The notes under the pieces were generated by a model. It was not told the DNA's origin, did no database searches, and saw only the letters and a list, made by a program, of their open reading frames with translations. DNA of 64,000 nt from Escherichia coli (lineage in GTDB: Bacteria; Pseudomonadota; Gammaproteobacteria; Enterobacterales; Enterobacteriaceae). Positions 14,532 through 26,577 of this stretch are shown in pieces. The position numbers were made by a program, and so were the translations under genes. Position 1 is the first letter of the stretch, and each line of letters starts with the position of its first letter. The stretch lies in NCBI RefSeq assembly GCF_002854065.1, contig NZ_CP024147.1. One strand, given 5' to 3'.

Positions 14532-15227
14532 TCAGCCCGCGGGTGAAAACGCATCTATCACCTTGTGATCGACACCTTCATTCTCCCCCGCCAGTTCGGC
14601 ACTGAGCTTCGCCATAAACTCGACTAAAAAATGCGCGTTGTGCTGCGCCAGCTGCTTGCCTCTTACGGTTTGCATGGTTTGCGGTAGCTTCAGCAACTTA
14701 GTCTGGAAATGATCCAGCGCGTAACGTTTATCATCAAGCGGGCGATGCTGTGCGAGCGGATCTTCGGCATCAAACAGCGCCACGCCCAATGCCCCTGAAA
14801 CGGCAAACACACGTGCCAGGCCAATCGCCCCCAGGGCTTCCAGCCGATCCGCATCCTGGACAATTTTAGCTTCCGTGGTTAAGGGGGCGATTTGCGCGCT
14901 GAAACTGTGAGCGGCAATGGCATGACAAACGGCCTCAATTTTCTCCGCCGGAAATTGCACGAACTCTTCACGGAGCAGGCGACGCGTCTCTTCTGCCGCC
15001 AGGATTGAAGAACGCTGCCGTTGCGGATGATTTTTCGCCAGGCTCACAATATCGTGGAAATAACAGGCTGTTAAAATCACCAGCATATCGACATCGTCAT
15101 CTGCCGCCAGCTTCTGTGCCGTAGCCCAGACGCGGCGAAAATGACACACGTCATGAGCCGCGTCCTGGTGCTGATGATGGTTTTTCAACCAGTTTTCGAA
15201 CTGTGCCTGCCAGTGTTGTAAGTCCAT
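14532..15227 (-). CDS. yedJ: HD-domain phosphohydrolase YedJ
   Basis: 231 aa ORF with an HD motif region, syntenic with dcm. Confidence 0.85.
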   Translation of the reverse strand: MDLQHWQAQFENWLKNHHQHQDAAHDVCHFRRVWATAQKLAADDDVDMLVILTACYFHDIVSLAKNHPQRQRSSILAAEETRRLLREEFVQFPAEKIEAVCHAIAAHSFSAQIAPLTTEAKIVQDADRLEALGAIGLARVFAVSGALGVALFDAEDPLAQHRPLDDKRYALDHFQTKLLKLPQTMQTVRGKQLAQHNAHFLVEFMAKLSAELAGENEGVDHKVIDAFSPAG

Positions 15228-15266
15228 ACGCGCTCCGTTGCCAAAGAGTCGCCACCTTAGCAGTTT

Positions 15267-15650
15267 TTATTCATAGCGTCTGCTACGTGCGGGACGAGGT
15301 CGGGTGTACCAGGCAATGCTGCCTAACAATGCCCCGACCAGAGCCATAAATAAAAATCCGACCAGTGCCCCTAACCACTTTTCCGCGGTAGAGCCTAAAT
15401 CGCTTTCAAATCCCGACACGGGGGCATCGGGGATCCGGCTAATCACCCAGATGTAACGCGCCATTGCCCAGACGAAATAGCCACACCATGTATAGAAAGC
15501 CCACAAAGCCAGTTTGCCGCCAGGGCTGCGAGAGAGTCTCTCTTCCATCTTTGTCGAACCGTATTCCATTTTGAGATAACCCGGAAAATTCAGACTAAGC
15601 ACTATTATGTGATAAAAGTCACATTTTTCCACATTGAATGAGCCAGTCAA
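15267..15650 (-). CDS. yedR: Inner membrane protein YedR
   Basis: 127 aa ORF with two transmembrane helices; the exact start is uncertain (internal Met possible). Confidence 0.7.
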   Translation of the reverse strand: MTGSFNVEKCDFYHIIVLSLNFPGYLKMEYGSTKMEERLSRSPGGKLALWAFYTWCGYFVWAMARYIWVISRIPDAPVSGFESDLGSTAEKWLGALVGFLFMALVGALLGSIAWYTRPRPARSRRYE

Positions 15651-15860
15651 GACTCAATCATTTTTTGAACAAATAGATAAATTTTGCGCAACGGCAGTGA
15701 ATACAGGAAAAATCGTTTTGAGCGATTTTATTTATCTTTGATATCGGCTTTATTAATTCATTCAATCAATATATTAGCACTGATTACAATTATACCTTTT
15801 TATTATTCTGTGTCATGATGCCTCCGTTATTAGCCTTTTATCGTCTTGTTTATATTTTTT

Positions 15861-15890
15861 GGGCCGGCATGATGCCGGCTTTTTTTTATG
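15861..15890 (+). terminator. Orphan intrinsic-terminator-like hairpin (GGGCCGGCATGATGCCGGC plus T8)
   Basis: Perfect GC-rich stem followed by TTTTTTTT on the plus strand; no plus-strand gene is annotated upstream. Confidence 0.4.
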
Positions 15891-16199
15891 CCTTCATTAA
15901 TGTGCGCGTGATCACACCAGCCGTTTAGCGCATCAATCATTGATACCCCCTATCTTTCCGCTCAACTCATAACATATTGATATGCATTTATAATTTTCAT
16001 GAATATTTATATTTAGAATTCATAATTATGAATTATATTAAATAGATTAGAAACATTTTGAAATCTTTTAAATATATTTGTTACATGTAGTCCTTAAAAT
16101 AAAATGAACTTCATAGAATAGTATCCAAATGTGCTTTTTTTTTGGATAACGGCACTTATTGATATATTCATGAAGATTATAATCACAAGGGAATACATA

Positions 16200-17273
16200 A
16201 TGAAAAGAAAAGTTCTGGCAATGCTGGTCCCGGCGTTATTAGTTGCTGGCGCAGCAAATGCGGCTGAAATTTATAATAAAGATGGCAATAAAGTTGATTT
16301 CTACGGCAAGATGGTTGGCGAACGCATCTGGTCAAATACTGATGATAATAACAGCGAAAACGAAGATACCTCCTATGCTCGTTTCGGTGTTAAAGGTGAA
16401 ACCCAAATCACCAGCGAACTGACTGGTTTTGGTCAGTTTGAATACAACCTCGACGCCAGCAAGCCCGAAGGTGAAAACCAAGAAAAAACCCGTTTAACCT
16501 TCGCCGGTTTGAAATATAACGAGTTAGGATCATTTGACTATGGCCGTAACTACGGTGTTGCTTATGATGCCGCAGCTTATACCGATATGTTAGTTGAATG
16601 GGGTGGCGATTCCTGGGCTTCCGCTGACAACTTCATGAATGGTCGTACCAACGGTGTTGCAACCTACCGTAACTATGATTTCTTTGGCCTGGTTGATGGT
16701 CTTGATTTTGCGATTCAGTACCAAGGCAAAAACAGCAACCGTAGCACTAAGAAACAAAATGGTGACGGCTATGCGTTGTCTGTAGACTATAACATCAATG
16801 GTTTTGGTATCGTTGGTGCATATAGCAAATCTGATCGTACTAATGAACAAGCTAGTGACGGCTACGGTGATAACGCTGAAGTGTGGTCATTAGCAGCCAA
16901 GTATGATGCAAATAATATCTATGCAGCAATGATGTACGGTGAAACCCGCAACATGACCGTTTTGGCTAATGATCATTTTGCAAATAAAACCCAAAACTTT
17001 GAAGCTGTTGTACAGTATCAGTTCGACTTCGGTTTACGTCCGTCTTTAGGCTACGTATATTCCAAAGGCAAAGATCTTTATGCTCGTGATGGACATAAAG
17101 GTGTTGATGCTGACCGCGTAAATTATATCGAAGTTGGTACCTGGTACTACTTCAATAAGAACATGAACGTCTACACAGCATACAAATTCAACATGCTGGA
17201 TAAAGATGACGCCGCCATTACTGGCGCAGCAGCTGATGACCAGTTTGCAGTTGGTATCGTCTACCAGTTCTAA
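16200..17273 (+). CDS. yedS: OmpC/OmpF-family general porin, apparently intact YedS
   Basis: 358 aa from [21 protein letters not shown] (signal peptide), then [16 protein letters not shown]… and C-terminal …VGIVYQF typical of enterobacterial porins; SD AAGGGA upstream. Confidence 0.85.
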   Translation: MKRKVLAMLVPALLVAGAANAAEIYNKDGNKVDFYGKMVGERIWSNTDDNNSENEDTSYARFGVKGETQITSELTGFGQFEYNLDASKPEGENQEKTRLTFAGLKYNELGSFDYGRNYGVAYDAAAYTDMLVEWGGDSWASADNFMNGRTNGVATYRNYDFFGLVDGLDFAIQYQGKNSNRSTKKQNGDGYALSVDYNINGFGIVGAYSKSDRTNEQASDGYGDNAEVWSLAAKYDANNIYAAMMYGETRNMTVLANDHFANKTQNFEAVVQYQFDFGLRPSLGYVYSKGKDLYARDGHKGVDADRVNYIEVGTWYYFNKNMNVYTAYKFNMLDKDDAAITGAAADDQFAVGIVYQF

Positions 17274-17315
17274 TCAGCCAACGCGCCGCGGCGTGTTACT
17301 GTAAAACTGAACACT

Positions 17316-17352
17316 AGCCTGAGTTCGTCCCTCATCGAACTCAGGCTTTTTT
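17316..17352 (+). terminator. Rho-independent terminator downstream of yedS
   Basis: AGCCTGAGTTCG…CGAACTCAGGCT hairpin followed by TTTTTTATT. Confidence 0.7.
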
Positions 17353-17864
17353 ATTGGCATTTCATCTCCATCTGCGGCACACGCAATTGCCGAAGCATAT
17401 CGATACAGCACCTTACCCTGCCCCTCCTGGCACAATAACATCAACCAGCTACTCTTCAAGCTAACACCCAAATGCATTTCTTTATAAATTAATCCGTAAC
17501 AAACACGCTTCCCATATAGAAATATTTGCAAAAATAGTGCATGAAATAAGCTTTTTCTCTACCAATCCGCGATATAAATATTCATCAGCACCACAATATT
17601 CCACAGCACTAAATCTCTCCCCGCCACCCCGTACCTCTGATAATGGTCTAAAATCATTGAGGCCACTTGCGACGACGTTACTCAATAAGGAAAATTTGGC
17701 GTGAATAATATTCAACACCAGTGCAGCATCATCATTACATACTTACACCCGCCGACTACCGCTTTCGATATATTGACTCAATTTTCCAGCCTGGTTAAAA
17801 ATAGCGACCAGCTCAGTCGCAAATATAGTGACTACCCTAACTAAGCAACAATAAGGAATACACT

Positions 17865-18716
17865 ATGACTGTTCAAACAAGTAAAAATCCGCAGGTCGAT
17901 ATTGCTGAAGATAATGCCTTCTTCCCTTCAGAATATTCGCTTAGCCAATATACCAGTCCTGTCTCTGATCTTGATGGCGTGGACTATCCAAAACCGTATC
18001 GCGGTAAACATAAAATTCTGGTGATCGCCGCGGACGAACGTTATTTGCCAACCGATAACGGAAAACTGTTCTCGACCGGTAACCATCCGATTGAAACGTT
18101 GCTGCCGTTGTATCATCTCCATGCTGCAGGTTTCGAATTCGAAGTGGCGACCATTTCCGGTCTGATGACCAAGTTTGAATACTGGGCTATGCCGCACAAA
18201 GATGAAAAAGTAATGCCATTCTTTGAGCAGCATAAATCGTTGTTCCGCAATCCGAAGAAACTCGCGGATGTTGTCGCCAGCCTCAACGCTGATAGCGAAT
18301 ATGCAGCAATCTTTGTTCCTGGTGGTCATGGCGCACTTATTGGTTTACCTGAAAGCCAGGACGTAGCTGCCGCTTTACAGTGGGCAATCAAAAATGACCG
18401 TTTTGTTATCTCCCTTTGCCACGGCCCGGCGGCTTTTCTGGCGCTTCGCCACGGCGATAACCCACTGAATGGTTATTCCATTTGCGCATTCCCAGACGCC
18501 GCAGACAAACAAACGCCAGAGATAGGCTATATGCCGGGTCATCTCACCTGGTACTTCGGCGAAGAGCTGAAGAAAATGGGCATGAACATCATTAATGACG
18601 ACATCACCGGGCGAGTACATAAGGACCGTAAAGTTCTCACCGGCGACAGTCCTTTCGCAGCGAATGCGTTGTGTAAACTGGCGGCGCAGGAAATGCTGGC
18701 AGCTTACGCGGGTTAA
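17865..18716 (+). CDS. hchA: Glyoxalase III / protein deglycase HchA (Hsp31)
   Basis: 283 aa ORF recognised as HchA (DJ-1/PfpI family). Confidence 0.9.
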   Translation: MTVQTSKNPQVDIAEDNAFFPSEYSLSQYTSPVSDLDGVDYPKPYRGKHKILVIAADERYLPTDNGKLFSTGNHPIETLLPLYHLHAAGFEFEVATISGLMTKFEYWAMPHKDEKVMPFFEQHKSLFRNPKKLADVVASLNADSEYAAIFVPGGHGALIGLPESQDVAAALQWAIKNDRFVISLCHGPAAFLALRHGDNPLNGYSICAFPDAADKQTPEIGYMPGHLTWYFGEELKKMGMNIINDDITGRVHKDRKVLTGDSPFAANALCKLAAQEMLAAYAG

Positions 18717-18822
18717 TCCCTGTTACGTTTGAATGTAAGCGCATAATCAATCGCAGCCGCGTTAGTACTCACGACGTGGCTGCGTTTTTCACGGTTAATT
18801 TATGGCGTACTGAAGCCCTATG

Positions 18823-20181
18823 TTAATTTCTTTGCGGTAACGTAATCCGGAACACATTATGCTTATTGAGATAGTGATACGTAGCACTTCCCCCATGCAA
18901 TTCGGCAATCGCTTTGACTAAAGAAAGGCCTAGTCCCTGACCTACGGAATGACGCGAATTATCTCCCCGCCAAAATCTACGGAAGAGTTTTTCAGGCTCA
19001 TTAATTTTCGTTCCAGGGCTGGCGATATCAATATTAAGAGATCCGTTGGTATCAAGAAAACTGGTTATATGAATACGCGATTTTTCTGGTGAATATCTAA
19101 TGGCATTAACAATAAGATTCGATAACATTCGTTGCAGTAAAATTTTATCCGCAAAGATTTGCTGATTGCACTCGACCTTAAAGCAAATCTCTTTCTCGTC
19201 TGAAAGATATTCAAGATAGTCCAACAAATTTTCGACTTCCTTATTGAGAGAAAGCGAGTCCAGTTTCACCAAAACATTGTTTTTATCTGCCCTGGCAAGA
19301 AACAGTATGTTCTCTGTTAACCGCGAAATATTTTCCAGCTCTTCAATGTTACCGGCAATTGTTTTTTGATATTCAGCGATACTTCTGGTTTGACTGAGCG
19401 TAACCTGATTCTGACCCAGTAATGCATTAATTGGCGTTCTAAGTTCATGAGCGAGATCGTCAGCAAACTGACTTAGACGCTCAAAATCTTTGACTAAAGC
19501 ATGATGCATTTTATTCAACGCCTGCCCAAGAGGTTTTAGTTCTCTCGGTAATGCGCTAACCTCAACAGGCTCTCGGCTATCGTTATAATTCAGCGCTTCC
19601 GTTACACCAATCAACTTTTTGATCTCTCGTAACCCCGTTTGGATTAACAGCGGACTTAATACTGAGCACAGTATAATGGCGACAATGCAAATTATAATGC
19701 TATTGATTTTATACTGTTCAAGCATGTTATGTCTGGCTGAAGCCAATTTAGCCACAGTAACCGTTAATGATGGCGAAACTTCATCAATATTAATTCGTAA
19801 AGCATCTATCTCTGTATCATTAATAATGCTTCTGTAAATACCAGCTGCACTGATTGTCTCACTAGCAGGTATGTTATTTAACATGCCATCACTGACATTT
19901 GTCCGGTTAACAATTTTATTGATGCTATCACCATGAATGATCAAGATATCCTGACTAACATCCATCATCCGGTTAAAGTATACAGGTAACGTATCTGGAT
20001 TTACCCCATCAATTAACAACTGCTTGATCTGCGCTGTCCGGTTAATGAGTGTTGTATCATCGCGCCATTTCAACTCACTTGCCAGGCCATTATAGAGAGT
20101 CCAGACAATTCCGGCGCCAGCAACAGACAGCAGCAATATAAAAAGCAAGGTTAAACGGACGGTTATAGATAATCTTTTCAT
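18823..20181 (-). CDS. hprS: Two-component sensor histidine kinase HprS (YedV)
   Basis: 452 aa ORF with two transmembrane segments, HAMP, HisKA (HELRTP) and HATPase domains. Confidence 0.9.
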   Translation of the reverse strand: MKRLSITVRLTLLFILLLSVAGAGIVWTLYNGLASELKWRDDTTLINRTAQIKQLLIDGVNPDTLPVYFNRMMDVSQDILIIHGDSINKIVNRTNVSDGMLNNIPASETISAAGIYRSIINDTEIDALRINIDEVSPSLTVTVAKLASARHNMLEQYKINSIIICIVAIILCSVLSPLLIQTGLREIKKLIGVTEALNYNDSREPVEVSALPRELKPLGQALNKMHHALVKDFERLSQFADDLAHELRTPINALLGQNQVTLSQTRSIAEYQKTIAGNIEELENISRLTENILFLARADKNNVLVKLDSLSLNKEVENLLDYLEYLSDEKEICFKVECNQQIFADKILLQRMLSNLIVNAIRYSPEKSRIHITSFLDTNGSLNIDIASPGTKINEPEKLFRRFWRGDNSRHSVGQGLGLSLVKAIAELHGGSATYHYLNKHNVFRITLPQRN

Positions 20182-20852
20182 TATTTTTTTACCGCTACGA
20201 ATGAATAGCCCATCCCCCGGATTGTAGCGATTAGCTTCTCAGGAAAAGGATCATCAACTTTTGCGCGGAGCCTGCGAATGGCAACATCCACCGTATTGGT
20301 ATCACTATCAAAGTTGATTCCCCAAATTTCACTCGCAATAACCGTTCTGGGTATAATTTCGCCAGCTCTGGAGGCCAGTAGCCAAAGTAACTGAAACTCC
20401 TTGCGCGTCAGTGTAATACTGATATTGTCCCTGCTCACACTTTGACTAACAGAGTCCATTCTTAAGCCGCTGATTTCTAATGTTGAATTCAAAGCGTGAT
20501 GTTGCCTTAATTGTGCCCGAACCCTTGCCAGCAACTCAGAAAATGAAAAAGGTTTTACCAGATAATCATTTGCTCCACTGTCCAGCCCTCTGACTCTGTC
20601 ATCGACAGAATCCCTTGCAGTAAGGCAAATAACAGGGGTTTGCTTTGCCGTTCTTAACGTTTGTAAGATCTGCCAGCCATCCATACCCGGAAGCATAATA
20701 TCCAGAATGATCAATGCATAATCATCCTTCAGCGCAAGATAAAGCCCATCTCTGCCATCAGAAACGGCATCAATGACATAACCCGCTTCGGAAAGCCCCT
20801 GCGTTACCCACTCCTGGGTCCTTTGATTATCTTCAATAAGTAAAATCTTCAT
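20181..20852 (-). CDS. hprR: OmpR-family response regulator HprR (YedW)
   Basis: 223 aa from internal ATG (MKILLIEDN…); receiver plus winged-helix domains; the ORF track start at 20963 is an extension. Confidence 0.9.
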   Translation of the reverse strand: MKILLIEDNQRTQEWVTQGLSEAGYVIDAVSDGRDGLYLALKDDYALIILDIMLPGMDGWQILQTLRTAKQTPVICLTARDSVDDRVRGLDSGANDYLVKPFSFSELLARVRAQLRQHHALNSTLEISGLRMDSVSQSVSRDNISITLTRKEFQLLWLLASRAGEIIPRTVIASEIWGINFDSDTNTVDVAIRRLRAKVDDPFPEKLIATIRGMGYSFVAVKK

Positions 20853-20897
20853 GAAAATAATATGCCATAAATTATATGTTATAGAAACAGCCTGGTT

Positions 20898-20915
20898 CAT
20901 TACAAAATTGTAATG
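20898..20915 (+). promoter_or_regulatory. Putative HprR/CusR-type box in the hprR-hiuH divergent region
   Basis: Inverted repeat CATTACAAAATTGTAATG (arms CATTAC/GTAATG) between the divergent hprR and hiuH genes. Confidence 0.5.
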
Positions 20916-20984
20916 CTGCTGTAAGGTTACCCTGGACGCTTTTTCGCTATCCTCAAAACTCATTCACATGACAAGGATATAAAC

Positions 20985-21398
20985 ATGTTAAAGCGTTATT
21001 TAGTACTCTCGGTAGCAACGGCAGCATTTTCATTACCTTCTTTGGTTAATGCCGCACAACAAAACATTCTTAGCGTGCACATTTTGAACCAGCAAACAGG
21101 AAAACCCGCTGCTGACGTGACAGTCACTCTTGAAAAGAAGGCGGATAACGGCTGGTTACAACTTAATACCGCCAAAACAGATAAGGATGGACGAATTAAG
21201 GCACTGTGGCCCGAGCAAACTGCAACTACGGGCGATTACCGTGTCGTATTTAAAACCGGGGACTATTTCAAGAAACAAAATCTTGAAAGTTTCTTCCCTG
21301 AGATCCCCGTTGAATTTCATATTAATAAAGTGAACGAGCATTATCATGTGCCTTTATTACTTAGCCAATATGGGTATTCAACCTATCGTGGCAGTTAA
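20985..21398 (+). CDS. hiuH: 5-hydroxyisourate hydrolase HiuH (YedX, transthyretin-like)
   Basis: 137 aa ORF with signal peptide and the C-terminal YRGS motif. Confidence 0.9.
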
Positions 21399-21500
21399 TG
21401 CATAAATATGTAAAAGCAGATCTCTGCTACTGTTAGGGAGGACACTCCCTGACAGATTAACAGTAAACGGCTCTTGCTGGCTAACGACAAAAAAGTGTGA

Positions 21501-22511
<1,011 letters not shown>

Positions 22512-23147
22512 ATGCGTCTGACAGCAAAACAGGTGACATGGCTGAAAGTTTGCCTGCATCTTGCCGGATTGTTGCCGTTTCTCTGGCTGGTCTGGGCGAT
22601 CAATCACGGTGGACTGGGTGCCGATCCGGTGAAAGATATTCAGCATTTTACCGGTCGCACTGCACTGAAATTTTTGCTGGCGACCTTGTTAATCACACCT
22701 CTGGCACGCTACGCAAAACAGCCGTTATTGATACGCACTCGCCGCCTGTTAGGCTTATGGTGCTTTGCCTGGGCGACACTGCATTTAACCAGTTACGCAT
22801 TGCTGGAGCTGGGCGTGAATAATCTGGCGTTATTAGGCAAGGAGTTAATTACCCGGCCTTATTTAACGTTAGGAATTATCAGCTGGGTTATTTTGCTTGC
22901 TTTAGCGTTTACTTCAACCCAGGCGATGCAGCGAAAACTCGGCAAGCACTGGCAACAGTTGCATAATTTCGTCTATCTTGTCGCGATCCTGGCCCCAATA
23001 CATTATCTGTGGTCGGTGAAGATTATTTCACCGCAGCCGCTCATCTACGCTGGGCTGGCTGTACTGCTTTTAGCCTTACGGTATAAGAAGTTGCGTTCCC
23101 TTTTTAACCGGTTACGCAAGCAGGTTCACAACAAATTATCTGTATAA
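22512..23147 (+). CDS. msrQ: Haem-binding membrane subunit MsrQ (YedZ)
   Basis: 211 aa polytopic membrane ORF immediately after msrP. Confidence 0.9.
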   Translation: MRLTAKQVTWLKVCLHLAGLLPFLWLVWAINHGGLGADPVKDIQHFTGRTALKFLLATLLITPLARYAKQPLLIRTRRLLGLWCFAWATLHLTSYALLELGVNNLALLGKELITRPYLTLGIISWVILLALAFTSTQAMQRKLGKHWQQLHNFVYLVAILAPIHYLWSVKIISPQPLIYAGLAVLLLALRYKKLRSLFNRLRKQVHNKLSV

Positions 23148-23180
23148 CTTCATATTGCCGACAAAGTACGCGTTATCCCT

Positions 23181-23214
23181 GCCGGATGTGGCGCGAGCGC
23201 CCTATCCGGCCTAC
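23181..23214. repeat. REP (repetitive extragenic palindromic) element
   Basis: GCCGGATGTGGCGCGAGCGCCCTATCCGGCCTAC matches the REP consensus; intergenic between msrQ and zinT. Confidence 0.6.
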
Positions 23215-23348
23215 GCAGATCACATCAGGTTATGTTTCGTTTGTCATCAACCTCAAATTATCAACATAATTCATTTTATTTCAATAAGATAGATAAGTAC
23301 ACCTGAGAAAACTATGCTCTCATCTCCTAAGAGTTGTTGCATTTTGTC

Positions 23349-23370
23349 ATATGTTACAATATAACATTAC
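23349..23370 (+). promoter_or_regulatory. Putative Zur box in the zinT promoter
   Basis: Near-palindrome ATGTTACAATATAACAT (TGTTA…TAACA arms) immediately upstream of zinT. Confidence 0.5.
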
Positions 23371-23403
23371 ACATCATATACAATGACTCTGGAGGAAACT
23401 GTT

Positions 23404-24054
23404 TTGGCGATTCGTCTTCACAAACTGGCTGTTGCTTTAGGTGTCTTTATTGTTAGCGTTCCTGCCTTTTCGCATGGTCATCACTCACACGGCAAACCCT
23501 TAACAGAGGTCGAACAAAAAGCTGCTAATGGTGTTTTTGATGATGCCAATGTACAAAACCGAACGCTCAGTGACTGGGATGGAGTCTGGCAATCCGTTTA
23601 TCCTTTACTGCAAAGTGGCAAACTTGACCCCGTCTTTCAGAAGAAAGCGGATGCAGATAAAACTAAAACATTTGCTGAAATTAAAGATTATTATCACAAA
23701 GGTTATGCAACAGATATCGAGATGATTGGCATTGAGGACGGCATTGTTGAATTCCATAGAAATAATGAAACAACATCCTGTAAATATGATTACGATGGAT
23801 ACAAAATACTCACCTATAAATCAGACAAGAAAGGCGTTCGTTACTTATTCGAATGTAAAGATCCTGAAAGCAAAGCCCCTAAATATATACAATTTAGCGA
23901 TCATATAATTGCACCACGAAAATCATCTCATTTTCACATTTTTATGGGTAATGATTCACAGCAATCTTTATTAAATGAAATGGAAAACTGGCCAACGTAT
24001 TATCCATATCAGTTGAGTAGCGAAGAAGTGGTCGAGGAAATGATGTCTCATTGA
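23404..24054 (+). CDS. zinT: Periplasmic zinc/cadmium-binding protein ZinT (YodA)
   Basis: Likely TTG start at 23404, preceded by GGAGG 8 nt upstream, giving a 216 aa product starting with signal peptide (M)[22 protein letters not shown] and the His-rich HGHHSHG; the ATG at 23383 is the alternative. Confidence 0.8.
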   Translation: MAIRLHKLAVALGVFIVSVPAFSHGHHSHGKPLTEVEQKAANGVFDDANVQNRTLSDWDGVWQSVYPLLQSGKLDPVFQKKADADKTKTFAEIKDYYHKGYATDIEMIGIEDGIVEFHRNNETTSCKYDYDGYKILTYKSDKKGVRYLFECKDPESKAPKYIQFSDHIIAPRKSSHFHIFMGNDSQQSLLNEMENWPTYYPYQLSSEEVVEEMMSH

Positions 24055-24396
24055 GTATTCTCATGATAACGCCTCGATGCCGCTTTAGTAAGTCATCATA
24101 ACTGCCTCTGGTCCATCCACAAACGCCACTGAACGCAAGCTAGCTACAGACACGCTCATCACTATGACGTGTCTGTATATTAATAAGCTAACCCGCATTG
24201 AGTTAACCAATAACGGATTCCATACACAATACGGCCAACAGAGAAAGATACCTGTGCTCACGCCATTGCTTATATTGGCTGGTTACAATGTGCACTATCA
24301 ATTTTTTAAATAACAAATTCTTAAAACCACATCTGTATAAGGAATTTTTAAGGTTCGTGGGATAGCTTGACTGTGAAAATTACAGGAGCTACAAAA

Positions 24397-24927
24397 ATGA
24401 ACCGATTCTCAAAAACTCAAATTTATTTACATTGGATAACGCTGCTTTTCGTTGCAATAACCTATGCCGCGATGGAACTCCGTGGCTGGTTTCCTAAAGG
24501 TAGTAGTACTTATCTGCTGATGCGAGAAACACATTACAATGCGGGTATATTCGTTTGGGTGTTAATGTTTTCACGCCTGATTATAAAACACCGTTATAGT
24601 GATCCTTCTATTGTGCCACCGCCACCTGCCTGGCAAATGAAAGCGGCTTCGCTAATGCACATCATGCTTTATATAACCTTCCTTGCACTTCCTCTGCTGG
24701 GGATTGCTTTGATGGCTTACAGTGGAAAATCGTGGAGTTTCCTTGGTTTCAATGTGTCTCCCTTTGTTACCCCAAACAGCGAAATTAAAGCACTGATAAA
24801 AAATATTCACGAAACCTGGGCAAATATAGGCTACTTTTTAATCGCAGCTCACGCTGGCGCAGCACTCTTTCATCACTACATTCAGAAAGATAATACTCTG
24901 TTACGAATGATGCCTCGCCGCAAATAA
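24397..24927 (+). CDS. yodB: Cytochrome b561-family protein YodB
   Basis: 176 aa from internal ATG (MNRFSKTQIYLHWITLL…), four transmembrane helices. Confidence 0.85.
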   Translation: MNRFSKTQIYLHWITLLFVAITYAAMELRGWFPKGSSTYLLMRETHYNAGIFVWVLMFSRLIIKHRYSDPSIVPPPPAWQMKAASLMHIMLYITFLALPLLGIALMAYSGKSWSFLGFNVSPFVTPNSEIKALIKNIHETWANIGYFLIAAHAGAALFHHYIQKDNTLLRMMPRRK

Positions 24928-25496
24928 GTCGATCCCCTGACAAGGAAATGTGAACCATGGACATCAACGCGTCATAAATGTTTACGCAAGTGCACAATGC
25001 ACCCTTTCCACTATCAACAAGGAGGAGCAGAAACTGTGTAAATCGTACAATGGTAAGACTTATCAAAAATACAGGTTAATTTTTGTATTTAAACCTTTTT
25101 TACTTGTTAGTATGATACAAAGGCTTTCAAAAAAGCTGGGAAATTCAACAACTCTTGGAAATTATGGACTTTGTCCCGCGGCTTTAATCTGACGGCCGCG
25201 TTACTTTTTTGACTCAATTATTGACCCCTTCTCTACGCAACTTCAGTTCCCACCACCAACTTTGCGGCAGTTTCATAGGATGAATGTCTAAAAGAATAAT
25301 GGTGAGCGATAAGAAAACGACTGAATAACTGCACATTTTCGCTCGAAAGCTTCCTGTCAGATCCATAGCGAATCAAGTGCTGAATGTCACAGTATCGAAC
25401 AGAAAACAGTGACGATCTACCCCTTCAAGAATATTCTACGATTGTTCTGTTTAGGAAAAGCAAGGCGGGAAGTCGGGAGATAAGTCATTGATAAAG

Positions 25497-25586
25497 TGGC
25501 GGAGAGAGGGGGATTTGAACCCCCGGTAGAGTTGCCCCTACTCCGGTTTTCGAGACCGGTCCGTTCAACCGCTCCGGCATCTCTCC
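25497..25586 (-). tRNA. serU: tRNA-Ser
   Basis: Reverse complement gives a 90-nt GGAGAGATGCCGGAGCGG…TTCAAATCCCCCTCTCTCCGCCA with long variable arm and encoded CCA. Confidence 0.9.
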
Positions 25587-25679
25587 GTTCAGATGGTTGC
25601 CATGATGCCAGGAAATTTGGCATTTTAACAGTCCCTGTCCGTGCAATTTTGTTCAAGTGACGAGTTTGCGAGCAAAACG

Positions 25680-26477
25680 ATGATTAAGTGGCCCTGGAAA
25701 GTACAAGAATCAGCACATCAAACTGCCCTTCCCTGGCAGGAAGCACTATCGATTCCTCTTTTAACGTGTCTGACAGAACAGGAACAAAGCAAATTAGCCA
25801 CTCTTGCCGAACGTTTTTTACAGCAAAAGCGGCTTGTTCCTTTACAGGGCTTTGAACTGGATTCATTAAGAAGCTGCCGGATAGCACTTCTATTTTGCCT
25901 GCCCGTTCTGGAGTTAGGACTGGAATGGCTGGATGGTTTTCATGAAGTCTTAATTTATCCTGCGCCATTTGTGGTCGATGATGAATGGGAAGACGATATC
26001 GGTCTGGTGCATAACCAACGTATTGTTCAGTCAGGTCAGAGCTGGCAGCAAGGGCCTATCGTTTTGAACTGGTTGGATATACAAGATTCTTTTGATGCTT
26101 CTGGTTTTAACCTGATTATTCATGAAGTCGCTCATAAGCTGGACACCCGTAACGGCGATCGCGCCAGCGGAGTTCCCTTTATTCCGTTGCGTGAGGTTGC
26201 TGGCTGGGAACACGATCTTCATGCTGCAATGAACAACATTCAGGAAGAAATCGAATTGGTTGGCGAGAATGCGGCGAGCATTGATGCTTATGCTGCCAGT
26301 GATCCTGCTGAATGTTTTGCCGTACTTTCTGAATATTTCTTTAGCGCCCCAGAACTTTTTGCTCCTCGTTTCCCTTCATTGTGGCAACGTTTCTGCCAAT
26401 TTTATCAACAAGATCCTTTGCAGAGACTGCATCACGCTAATGATACAGACTCGTTTTCGGCGACGAATGTTCATTAA
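25680..26477 (+). CDS. mtfA: Mlc titration factor MtfA (YeeI), zinc metallopeptidase-like
   Basis: 265 aa from internal ATG ([10 protein letters not shown]…) with an HEVAH motif. Confidence 0.85.
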   Translation: MIKWPWKVQESAHQTALPWQEALSIPLLTCLTEQEQSKLATLAERFLQQKRLVPLQGFELDSLRSCRIALLFCLPVLELGLEWLDGFHEVLIYPAPFVVDDEWEDDIGLVHNQRIVQSGQSWQQGPIVLNWLDIQDSFDASGFNLIIHEVAHKLDTRNGDRASGVPFIPLREVAGWEHDLHAAMNNIQEEIELVGENAASIDAYAASDPAECFAVLSEYFFSAPELFAPRFPSLWQRFCQFYQQDPLQRLHHANDTDSFSATNVH

Positions 26478-26530
26478 TTAACAACTTTGCAGATTAATTA
26501 ACCAATTGAAATGACTTATGAAATTTAGTG

Positions 26531-26559
26531 TTGACAGACAAGGTACCGCTAAGTAATAT
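26531..26559 (+). promoter_or_regulatory. asnT promoter (sigma70 -35/-10)
   Basis: TTGACA, 17-bp spacer, TAATAT, then GC-rich discriminator GCGCCCC, about 20 bp upstream of the tRNA. Confidence 0.6.
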
Positions 26560-26577
26560 GCGCCCCGTTCACACGAT

